Shown here in pieces: positions 27,689 through 35,389 of a stretch of DNA of 40,447 nucleotides. The DNA is taken from the NCBI GenBank assembly GCA_022843085.1, contig JALHOI010000001.1, positions 1 to 40,447 of the forward strand. Direction: 5' to 3'. Within the stretch, counting starts at the first letter, position 1, and each line of letters begins with the position of its first letter. The notes under the pieces were generated by a model, which was not told where the DNA came from, did no database searches, and saw only the letters and a list, made by a program, of their open reading frames with translations. Origin of the DNA: Pseudobdellovibrionaceae bacterium (GTDB lineage: Bacteria; Bdellovibrionota; Bdellovibrionia; Bdellovibrionales; JAMPXM01). A program made the translations under genes and the position numbers.

Positions 27689-29217
27689 TTTCGAACTCCC
27701 GGTGGCGGCGATAGAACTCGCGTCACTTCGTTTGAATCGTACAGTTTGACGTCGTCGCTGAGTGGGCCGCCTTGTTTGATCCATTCTTTTACAGAGCGGA
27801 GGTCTGCATCGCTCGGTAGCCAGTAATGGTCGCTTGGTGGCATAGCCAGCTGTTTGCCGTCATTAAGCAAATCCAGGCAAACCGAAATCCGTGACAAGCG
27901 GGCTTTGATTTGCTCAGGACGTTCGCGAAACAGGTTGGCGTGACATTCGGTACAGTTTGATAACACTGTTTTTGCAGCGACGAGGCTTGCGGGCTCTATA
28001 ACTTTCGGAACGAGGCCACGAAATTCAGGTAGCATCAGAAGTTCTTCAATCGTCGATTTGACCCGTCGTTTGTTTTTTTCGACTGTCTTAAAAAATTCTG
28101 TAAAACGAAGAGGCGGAAGGCCGAGATCTTTACCTAGAAACGTTTCGATCATCCAGTTTGTTTGGCAGTCGATATACTTCGATTGTTTGGTCGTTTTGAC
28201 TGCCAAATCGTGAAAATTTGAAACTTCGATCTCGGCATTTTCGCTGAGGCTATTTGCGAAGCGCAGCTGACCTTTGAAAGACACACCCGAAACGCCGACT
28301 TCGAGGGGACGCATCGTTCGGCCGATTGGATCGAGTCGGTCATGACAGACGGCGCAGTCTTTTTGATTCGCGTGCTTGTTGAGGTGAATCTTTACAAGTT
28401 CATCGGCCGAGTACTGTTCATCTGAAATTCCAAGCGCCAGCCGCAGCTCTTTTTCTCTTTGGGTTTCTCTCTCTAACGCCGGCGACATTGAATCGCAAAG
28501 CATGACACGAAAAAAGGCAGCGGCTCGTTTTCGATTTCTGTTGATAGGTGAATTCCAGTATCGAAGCAGAAAACGGGTACTTGAAAAAAGCCCTGCGATA
28601 TTCGGGTGACCAGACAAGTTGAACTGAGTCGAGTTGACCGTCGAACCATTTTCAAGAAGAAATTCGTAATTTGATTGTTGAGGGGGCCTGGGCATTCTTG
28701 AAACGTCGATCGAGAATCGTTCGAACCCAGGATTTGCTGCACTGAGGTCTGGATACGTCGGGTCCGTCACGATTTGGCTCGTAAACAAATCGTCGATGGG
28801 CGCGTTCTCTTTAAAAGTTCGATAGACCAACATGAAGTCGCGGCCCTCGCTGGCTCCGCCGCCGTCGACCCCGGTTTTGATGATTTGGCTGAGGGCGCTA
28901 GACGACGGTGACTTGTAGCCGAAGCGTTCGGTTACCTTACTGTAAGCGATGGCGTAGAATTCGGGGGCTTTCATTTTTTCGCGAATGAACGAACGAAAAA
29001 AATCGTCAAGGCAAGTCACAGAGGCGCAGCCCGGTTTCATCGTCTTCGAAAGAAGAGCTTTTTCTGCGAGGGTCGGAGGTCGCCCGACAAGCCGCATTGA
29101 AACCTTATGCATGAAGACATGAGGCGGAAGTTCTTGGGCTCTAGCCGAGTGACTAAAAATGAGTCCAAACAAGGCAAGCGCAAAAGTAGCAGCGGTTGAT
29201 TGCCTGCGACTTCTCAT
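27676..29217 (-). CDS. Exported protein with two CXXCH motifs, DUF1588/DUF1585-like core and planctomycete-cytochrome-c (PSCyt)-like C-terminus
   Basis: The likely start is the Met at 29217 (MRSRRQSTAATFALALFGLIFSHSARA), forming a TGATG junction with the upstream stop. IAGLFSSTRFLLRYWNSPINRNRKRAAAFFRVMLCDSMSP is DUF1588-like. CAVCHDRLDPIGRTMRPLE is DUF1585-like. CTECHANLF...LAMPPSDHYWLPSDADLRSVKEWIKQGGPL is PSCyt-like. Confidence 0.65.
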   Translation of the reverse strand: MRSRRQSTAATFALALFGLIFSHSARAQELPPHVFMHKVSMRLVGRPPTLAEKALLSKTMKPGCASVTCLDDFFRSFIREKMKAPEFYAIAYSKVTERFGYKSPSSSALSQIIKTGVDGGGASEGRDFMLVYRTFKENAPIDDLFTSQIVTDPTYPDLSAANPGFERFSIDVSRMPRPPQQSNYEFLLENGSTVNSTQFNLSGHPNIAGLFSSTRFLLRYWNSPINRNRKRAAAFFRVMLCDSMSPALERETQREKELRLALGISDEQYSADELVKIHLNKHANQKDCAVCHDRLDPIGRTMRPLEVGVSGVSFKGQLRFANSLSENAEIEVSNFHDLAVKTTKQSKYIDCQTNWMIETFLGKDLGLPPLRFTEFFKTVEKNKRRVKSTIEELLMLPEFRGLVPKVIEPASLVAAKTVLSNCTECHANLFRERPEQIKARLSRISVCLDLLNDGKQLAMPPSDHYWLPSDADLRSVKEWIKQGGPLSDDVKLYDSNEVTRVLSPPPGVRKCRE

Positions 29218-30188
29218 CAGTGCATGCCTTTGTCTTCCCAAAGAGATTTCTCGTAAATCTTTTGGGCATACGGATTTTTATTTTCGTCACTTTCTTCGAA
29301 CACTTTGTACGTGGCCGGATTCATCGTGCCCGAACCTCCGCCCGAGAGAACCGAAATGAGTTGCGTAAAGTAGCTGGTAAAGCTGACATCCCACCGGAGT
29401 TCACAGCTTTCGTCGCGCGGCTCAACGATGTTCGAGGCTAGAAAGGTCATTTGAATTTGGTAAGAGAGCCCGAACGGGTAGTAGTCGGTGAACATTCCGT
29501 ACGGTTTTTTAAATCGTGGAATTCTTAATGTCGCACCCTGAAGGTCAAGTTCGAAGTCTTCGAATCGGCGCCAGGTTTGATTCACGCGAGCTCCAAAGCC
29601 TTTTGCGATTGCAAGTTCGGCGTTACCGCCTTCGAAATTCTCGTCCCAGTAAAGAAGAGTTCGATTCGTTGGCAGCGACTTCTGTAGAAGGTCAGCGTCT
29701 GCACTTGCACATTCGATACGGGCCATCGACCGATCGCTTAACACCGCGGGTATTCGGCGAAGAACTTTATCAAAGAGTTCACTTTGTGACTGCGTGATGA
29801 AATTTTGAGCGCCAAACGTGATTGAGCCATTAAAGCTGTACTCAAGCGGTCGGCCCTCTCGGGTCGGATGTCTTTTCCAAACGGCCGCAAATTGCTGCCT
29901 TACGAAAGGCATGACAAACGAACATGAAATTCCGGCATGAGCCGAGCACGAATTCTCGCCGAGTTGGACGGGCACCCGGAATTCTTCGATTTTCTCTCTT
30001 CTCACGACAGTCGCAACACGTCCGTCATTGAAGATAACTTCGAGGGGTTGGCCAGGAACTCGAAGAATCTCGCGAACCGAATTGTCGCTGCGCGCGTGCT
30101 CAGGGCCGATCATTGCGGCAAGGAACAGCGCGAACCTCGCTGCGATTCGGACCGATTGACGAGTAGAGTTCGAACGAGAATTGTTCAT
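29217..30188 (-). CDS. Hypothetical exported protein (first gene of the four-gene operon)
   Basis: The track ORF starts with a TTG at 30227. The ATG at 30188 gives MNNSRSNSTRQSVRIAARFALFLAAMIGPEHARS, which is signal-like. I recognised no family. Confidence 0.5.
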   Translation of the reverse strand: MNNSRSNSTRQSVRIAARFALFLAAMIGPEHARSDNSVREILRVPGQPLEVIFNDGRVATVVRREKIEEFRVPVQLGENSCSAHAGISCSFVMPFVRQQFAAVWKRHPTREGRPLEYSFNGSITFGAQNFITQSQSELFDKVLRRIPAVLSDRSMARIECASADADLLQKSLPTNRTLLYWDENFEGGNAELAIAKGFGARVNQTWRRFEDFELDLQGATLRIPRFKKPYGMFTDYYPFGLSYQIQMTFLASNIVEPRDESCELRWDVSFTSYFTQLISVLSGGGSGTMNPATYKVFEESDENKNPYAQKIYEKSLWEDKGMH

Positions 30189-30310
30189 GGCGTTGGTGCA
30201 CGGTATAGCAGGTTGTGGGCCGCTCAATGGACGTGTGTAGTACTTCTCGCAATGGCGGCGAGCAAGAAGAGCGATTTCGCTTGTGAGCTTATTTTAATCA
30301 CCATGTAATC

Positions 30311-30393
30311 GATTCGATTCGATTCGAACAGATTCGAACAGATTCGAATAGATTCGAACAGATTCGAATAGATTCGAACAGATTCGAATAGAT
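30311..30393. repeat. Intergenic tandem array: two gattc half-units, then seven 10-bp units gattcgaaYa (TTCGAA palindrome every 10 bp)
   Basis: I read it directly: gattc gattc gattcgaaca gattcgaaca gattcgaata gattcgaaca gattcgaata gattcgaaca gattcgaata gat. It lies about 120 nt upstream of the ATG at 30188. Confidence 0.95.
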
Positions 30394-30454
30394 GGCCGCC
30401 TTGCTTCGAAGAACCGAGAGCCAAAAGAATGGAAACACAGACTTTGATTGCGAT

Positions 30455-30480
30455 GAGCGATCGTAAAAGAACGATCGCTC
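30455..30480 (-). terminator. Perfect 10-bp stem hairpin downstream of rodA (terminator-like, no U-tract)
   Basis: GAGCGATCGT, loop aaaaga, ACGATCGCTC. It begins 18 nt after the rodA stop. Confidence 0.5.
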
Positions 30481-30497
30481 CCCTCAAAACAAGCTCT

Positions 30498-31631
30498 TTA
30501 AAAAAGGTATTTGCGGTAACTCACACTCGACACCAGCCCCAGAGCCGCCATCGTCGTCAGCATGTTCGATCCGCCGTAGCTTAAGAGTGGCAGGGGGATA
30601 CCAACGATCGGCAAGAGTCCAATGACCATGCTGATGTTCACGAACATGTGCCAAAAAACAGTCGCGGTGACTCCGACGGCAAGCAGTGCTCCGGCTTTGT
30701 CTCGCGCATGGGCCGCAATCCGAATCATCGAAGCAAACAGAAGTCCGAACACAGAAATGGTGAAGAAGCTTCCTAAGAAACCCCACTCTTCGGACAGAAC
30801 AGAGTAAATGAAGTCAGTGTGTCGTTCCGGCAGAAATTCAAGCTGAGATTGAGTTCCCTTTCGAAAACCCTTGCCAACAATCTGACCTGATCCCACCGCG
30901 ATCTTCGACTGAATACTGTTGTACCCTTTGCCGCGTGGGTCGCGCGCGGGATCAAGGAATGTATAGATGCGATGTTTCTGATAATCGCGCAGGCCGAAGA
31001 ACCAAGCGCCGGTCACAGCCATCAGCATCACGGCCGTGAGCCCAACAAGAATGGCGCGACGAATTCGAACAAAAAACAGCATCGAGATGCCGATAATAAA
31101 AAGCATCATCGCAGTCCCTAGATCGGGCTGTTCAGCTGTGATTAAAAATGGAACGCCAATCAGTATCAGTAGCGGAAACGCAAGATCCTTAAGGCCCATT
31201 CCATTCGCAAAAGATTTTTGCGCTAGAATTTTCGCGAGAACCAACACGAGTGCCAGCTTCATTGATTCAGATGGTTGATAGCTGAAAATTCCTAAATCAA
31301 GCCACCGCTGAGCGCCAAGGGCCACCTTGCCGAAAAAGATGACCGCGACGAGCGCAACTAAATTCAGAACGTATAAGACGTAGGCAGCGCGAATAAAAAA
31401 TTGGTAATCGACAAGTGTCACACCTAGAAAAACGATCCAACCTTTCAGCAACCAGAACAACTGAGAGACAAAGAGACGGTCTGTTTGAATCGCGCCAATA
31501 CCGTGCGTCGCTGAATAAAGATTGATAATTCCAATCACGTGAAGAGTCACGATTGGAACAATGAAGTTCCAATCGAGTTTTCGTAAAAACCCACGCTCCT
31601 GAATTTGAAATCCGGAATTATAGTCAGCCAT
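30498..31631 (-). CDS. rodA: Peptidoglycan glycosyltransferase RodA (SEDS family)
   Basis: The ORF is a 377-aa polytopic protein. SEDS motifs are present (QPSESMKLALVL, EQPDLGTAMM, LPERHTDFIYSVLSEEWGF, PLPLLSYGGSNM). It lies immediately downstream of the PBP2 gene (TAA followed directly by ATG). Confidence 0.93.
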   Translation of the reverse strand: MADYNSGFQIQERGFLRKLDWNFIVPIVTLHVIGIINLYSATHGIGAIQTDRLFVSQLFWLLKGWIVFLGVTLVDYQFFIRAAYVLYVLNLVALVAVIFFGKVALGAQRWLDLGIFSYQPSESMKLALVLVLAKILAQKSFANGMGLKDLAFPLLILIGVPFLITAEQPDLGTAMMLFIIGISMLFFVRIRRAILVGLTAVMLMAVTGAWFFGLRDYQKHRIYTFLDPARDPRGKGYNSIQSKIAVGSGQIVGKGFRKGTQSQLEFLPERHTDFIYSVLSEEWGFLGSFFTISVFGLLFASMIRIAAHARDKAGALLAVGVTATVFWHMFVNISMVIGLLPIVGIPLPLLSYGGSNMLTTMAALGLVSSVSYRKYLF

Positions 31632-33629
31632 TTATTCTCCCTCGATCGGTCCGACCGGCACAGGCGCCTGCGGAGCAACCGGAGTGATTTCTTTTTTCTT
31701 TCGCAAGTCTCGTTCAAGCCACTCGGGATGGTACTTCGCGACGTAGGCTGCAATCATCGCCTTTGCGACAGGGGCTGCGCCCGACGAACCGTGGCACGAA
31801 TGTTCGGCGAGAACACCGACCGCGATTTCCGGATTATCCGCCGGCGCATAGCCGATAAACCAACCGTGATGGCGCTGGTATTTCGGGCGTGCTTCACACG
31901 ACGAATAAATCTGGTCAGCCGAGAAATTCATGACCTGTGAGGTTCCAGTTTTGCCGGCAATTTCGATGTAGTTCAGCTTCGACGCCCGGGCCGTTCCTCG
32001 ATCGCCATTGACAACAAGACGCAGGCCCTCTTTCACGGCTTTGAAGACTTCTTTTTTGACGTGAAATTCGCCGTTCATGTCGCCAAGATCTCGCAATTGC
32101 GTTGGCCCGAATTCTTCGATCAACTTGTTGTCAGGAGTCAGAATACGTTTCACAACAAATGGCTTCACGACTTTTCCCTCGGTGCCTATCGCGTTGTAGG
32201 CGACGGTCATCTGAAGCGGGTTCGACAAAACAAAGCCCTGGCCGATCGCCACGGACAGATTTTCTCCGGGCTGCCATTCTTCGCCAATCGTGTTCTTTTT
32301 CCAGTCGCTTGATGGCATCAGGCCCGAGCGTTCGCCGGCGAGCTCGACTCCGGTGCGGCGGCCGATGCCGAAGGCATCGCAAAAGCGATACATCTTGTCG
32401 ATGCCGAGCGCGATTCCCATCTTGTAGAAAAACACATTGGCCGACCGCTCGATCGCTTGAGCAACGTTGAGATTTCCGTGGCCCCCTCGAAGCGTGTCGT
32501 GGTAGGGACGGCCCGCAAACTTGATTTGGCCGGGACACGCGACAATCGTGTTTGGGGTGATCACATTTTCGGCGAGCGCCGTAATCGCGATCAAGGGTTT
32601 GAATGTAGAACCTGGTGAATTGTGATCTTGAATCGGTTTGTTCCGAAGTGGTTTATCAGGGTCATTCACGAGTCTGCGCCAAGTTTCAGGGGCGATGCCC
32701 GTCGAAAATTCGTTTGGATTAAACGACGGTGCAGAGACCCACGCCAGAATTTCGCCGTTTGATTTCATCGCGATCGCGCCGCCGATACGGTTGCCCTCAA
32801 CGAACGAACGCCAAGCCGCCTCTTGTACATCTTTGTCGATGGTTAAAATTACGTTGTTGCCCGGAGTCGCCGGCGTGACTCCGCCCATCGAGCCGAGCAG
32901 TCCCATCGGATCTCCGAACGCTTCGCGACCGTGGGCATCGAGCTGCGCGACCGATATTCCGTCGCGCCCTCGAAGATCGAGATCGTAAATCTCTTCGAGC
33001 CCGCTTGTGCCAATGAGGTCGCCCTGAGCGAAGCGAAGTCCCCGTGCGGCGAATTTTTCGTTGAGTTTTGGTAGCTGTCGTTTCGACACTTCGCCGACGT
33101 AACCAAAAAACTGAGCGCCATTTTCCTTCAACGGATACGACCGAAGAACAGTCTCTTTGATGTCGACACCCGTGTAATCCTGCTTCAAAACTTCGATATT
33201 GAAGATGTCGTCTCGGGTCAGGTTTTCTTTGATGCGCACAGGTCGAAAGGCGCCGTTCAAGCGTCGACTTTTTTGCACCGTCTGCATGACGACCGAAGTT
33301 GGAATATTGAGAGCCAGTCCAAGAGCCTCAGCGGTCTCTTCAAAGTTAGTTACGAACTGCGGCGAAAGGGTCACTTCGAAACCTGGTAGATTCTCGACAA
33401 GCACTTCGCCATTGCGGTCATAAACGATTCCACGCGGAGCCGGAATTTTCGTTTCCCGAATCGAGTTTTGTTCAGAGAACTGGCGGAGCTCACTGCCATT
33501 CACAATCTGTAGATACCAAAGACGAAGCGCGAAAATTGCGACCGTCAGCGCGATCAGCGAGTAAACCAAACGGTACCGAGGCTGGTAGTCTTTCGCTTCA
33601 ATTTCATCACTTGGTAGATAATCGCTCAT
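31632..33629 (-). CDS. mrdA: Penicillin-binding protein 2 (elongasome transpeptidase)
   Basis: The ORF is 665 aa with an N-terminal TM helix. The three transpeptidase motifs are present: STFK, SAN (ERSANVFF) and KTGTS. It sits in a mreCD-rodA context. Confidence 0.93.
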   Translation of the reverse strand: MSDYLPSDEIEAKDYQPRYRLVYSLIALTVAIFALRLWYLQIVNGSELRQFSEQNSIRETKIPAPRGIVYDRNGEVLVENLPGFEVTLSPQFVTNFEETAEALGLALNIPTSVVMQTVQKSRRLNGAFRPVRIKENLTRDDIFNIEVLKQDYTGVDIKETVLRSYPLKENGAQFFGYVGEVSKRQLPKLNEKFAARGLRFAQGDLIGTSGLEEIYDLDLRGRDGISVAQLDAHGREAFGDPMGLLGSMGGVTPATPGNNVILTIDKDVQEAAWRSFVEGNRIGGAIAMKSNGEILAWVSAPSFNPNEFSTGIAPETWRRLVNDPDKPLRNKPIQDHNSPGSTFKPLIAITALAENVITPNTIVACPGQIKFAGRPYHDTLRGGHGNLNVAQAIERSANVFFYKMGIALGIDKMYRFCDAFGIGRRTGVELAGERSGLMPSSDWKKNTIGEEWQPGENLSVAIGQGFVLSNPLQMTVAYNAIGTEGKVVKPFVVKRILTPDNKLIEEFGPTQLRDLGDMNGEFHVKKEVFKAVKEGLRLVVNGDRGTARASKLNYIEIAGKTGTSQVMNFSADQIYSSCEARPKYQRHHGWFIGYAPADNPEIAVGVLAEHSCHGSSGAAPVAKAMIAAYVAKYHPEWLERDLRKKKEITPVAPQAPVPVGPIEGE

Positions 33630-33650
33630 AGGTGACTTTCAGACCTGCAG

Positions 33651-34193
33651 TTAAGCAGAGTAGGCCCCCGTAATCTCGGGCGGCTCGGTTCGATGAGTGA
33701 TCTGGTCAAACCAGCGGAAGATCGGAAAAAGTAATGGCGCAAAAAGTGGAGTCAAAAGGGCCTGGATGACCCAGGCGCTTACGGCCGGAGACGTCAGTGG
33801 GTGATCGGCGATCACCCACGAAGCCGCGAAGTGGTAGAGATGAAACATCAGCGTGGCAAGGCCGCACACAAGCATGAAATAGGTTGTCGCGGTCCAATAG
33901 AATCTCGTTTTGAAAATCTGCACGCTGAGTGCGACGGCGAGGCAAGAAATCATCATCAGACCTTCGGGCATCGCTGTCGAAGTCGCGAGAGCAATGGCAA
34001 TCAGGTGCGAGACAATGATCACGGTCAGTGTCGAACGAAACAATGCGATGTACACGAGTCCGGGTATCCACAGGGCCGGTGGTGGAAAGTAGCCGAAAAT
34101 CTGAAGCCAAAAAGAAGTCTGGCCCCCAGCCAATAAAAGCGTCGCAGCTAGGAATAAGAAAATATTGGCGACAAGTAGTGCCTTAGCCTTCAT
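33651..34193 (-). CDS. mreD: Rod shape-determining protein MreD
   Basis: The ORF is a 180-aa polytopic membrane protein. Its ATG overlaps the mreC stop (ATGA). Confidence 0.8.
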   Translation of the reverse strand: MKAKALLVANIFLFLAATLLLAGGQTSFWLQIFGYFPPPALWIPGLVYIALFRSTLTVIIVSHLIAIALATSTAMPEGLMMISCLAVALSVQIFKTRFYWTATTYFMLVCGLATLMFHLYHFAASWVIADHPLTSPAVSAWVIQALLTPLFAPLLFPIFRWFDQITHRTEPPEITGAYSA

Positions 34194-35203
34194 TGGACCT
34201 TCACCACTGGATCCGCGATCGGCGGAGCGACGGTTTGGGGTGCCGGCGAAGAAGTCGACGCTGCCGGAGTCGACGCTGCCGGGGTCGGCAAAGCCGATGG
34301 CGGCGACGCTACAGGCTGGCTCGGCTGATTCATTTTCGAAAGTAAGGGGGCGCCGAAACCGGTGGCGAGTTTTTCGTTAAAATCCTCGCCGCCCGAATCG
34401 AGAACGACAAAAACCTCTTCAAGATTCGACGGCATGACGACGGGTTCAACAAGTGCCTCTTGCGAAATTCCGAAATCTGTTTTGCGAACACTTGTCACTT
34501 TCCCTACGGGAAAACCTTTAGGGAACGATCCCTTCATACCGCTGGTGACAACGGCGTCGCCGACTGCGACGTCATCGGCGCGCTCGAGGTAGCGCAGGCG
34601 AACAGAATTCGAATCTTTTCCGCTGACGAGGCCGCGTGCACGCGTTCGTTGAACAAGCGCATCGACAGCCGCCGAACGGTCTGTAACCACGAGAATCTGC
34701 GCTGTGTCCATTTCGGTCGAAAGAACGTAACCGACGACGCCCTGAACTGTGATGACACCCATTTGTTTGCGCAAGCCCTGCCGGTAGCCGCGGTTGATTC
34801 GAATCGATTCGTGGTCAGGAGACAAGTCTCGTGCAATCACTTTTGAAGCCAGCAACCTCATTTTTGTATTCAGTTTAAACTGCAGCAGCTGATTCAGTCG
34901 TTCGTTTTCGAGCTTTAACTCGGTAAGGGCTCCGAGCTGCGCGCGAAGTTCTTCGTTTTCGCGCTGCATGCGCATGTTATCTTTTTTTATGCCCATCAAA
35001 TTGAGATACATCGATGTGGTTCCGCGCACTCCACTTGTGAAGCTTGAGTAGCCGCCTTGAGATTCGGCGATAAACCAAGTGAAGGGCCTTCTGTACCAGG
35101 GATCTTCGCCGGGGTTGCGCTTCATGTTGATGGATAGAATCGGAAGCGCGATGACGGCGATCACGATGAGAAGCTTTCGAATGTCGAACGCAAAAAAATT
35201 CAA
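34190..35203 (-). CDS. mreC: Rod shape-determining protein MreC with Pro/Ala/Ser/Thr-rich C-terminal extension
   Basis: It has a TTG start with a GGGAGAG Shine-Dalgarno sequence. A TM helix and a coiled coil (RMQRENEELRAQLGALTELKLENERLNQLL) come first. The beta-barrel core follows (GVVGYVLSTEMDTAQILVVTD...VVTSGMKGSFPKGFPVGKV). Confidence 0.92.
   Translation of the reverse strand: MNFFAFDIRKLLIVIAVIALPILSINMKRNPGEDPWYRRPFTWFIAESQGGYSSFTSGVRGTTSMYLNLMGIKKDNMRMQRENEELRAQLGALTELKLENERLNQLLQFKLNTKMRLLASKVIARDLSPDHESIRINRGYRQGLRKQMGVITVQGVVGYVLSTEMDTAQILVVTDRSAAVDALVQRTRARGLVSGKDSNSVRLRYLERADDVAVGDAVVTSGMKGSFPKGFPVGKVTSVRKTDFGISQEALVEPVVMPSNLEEVFVVLDSGGEDFNEKLATGFGAPLLSKMNQPSQPVASPPSALPTPAASTPAASTSSPAPQTVAPPIADPVVKVQ
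34253..34282. repeat. Perfect 15-bp tandem duplication (agtcgacgctgccgg x2) in the mreC 3' region, encoding PAAST-PAAST
   Basis: I read it directly from the sequence. Confidence 0.85.
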
Positions 35204-35286
35204 AGCCTGACTCTCCCTGAAACGACGTCACGCGGCACGCGACAGTGTTATTTCACACCTAATTCTCTCCATTTCAAAGAAACCTC

Positions 35287-35300
35287 CTTGAAATTTCAAG
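35287..35300. promoter_or_regulatory. Perfect 14-bp palindrome CTTGAAATTTCAAG in the mreC / ppiD-like divergent intergenic region (candidate operator)
   Basis: The sequence is its own reverse complement. It lies 84 nt upstream of the mreC start. Confidence 0.35.
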
Positions 35301-35353
35301 TAAAACTGGCTGACATGTGCGTTTCGTGCGATGCGCGTTTTTTTCGCGCGAAT

Positions 35354-35385
35354 TCCGGTTTTTTGACAATCCGGTTTTTTGACAG
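35354..35385. repeat. Tandem 16-bp direct repeat TCCGGTTTTTTGACA(A/G), each copy containing TTGACA
   Basis: The two copies are at 35354-35369 and 35370-35385, with 15 of 16 positions identical. They lie directly upstream of the ppiD-like start region. Confidence 0.85.
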
Positions 35386-35389
35386 GGGG

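Noticed and set aside
30311-30393. A possible CRISPR array
   Set aside because: The units are 10 bp with no spacers, far shorter than CRISPR repeats, and there are no cas genes in the window.
30224-30487. An 87-aa minus-strand ORF with a signal-peptide-like N-terminus spanning the tandem repeat
   Set aside because: It starts with a TTG inside the rodA terminator hairpin. Its middle (LFESVRIYSNLFESIRICSNLFESNRID) is simply the translation of the 10-bp DNA repeat. Because 10 is not a multiple of 3, slippage would destroy the frame. It also overlaps the next gene.
35228-35272. A 14-aa minus-strand mini-ORF (MERIRCEITLSRAA) preceded by AAGGAGG upstream of mreC, a possible leader peptide
   Set aside because: It is too short to evaluate, the Shine-Dalgarno-to-ATG spacing is about 10 nt, and there is no attenuator structure or conservation evidence.
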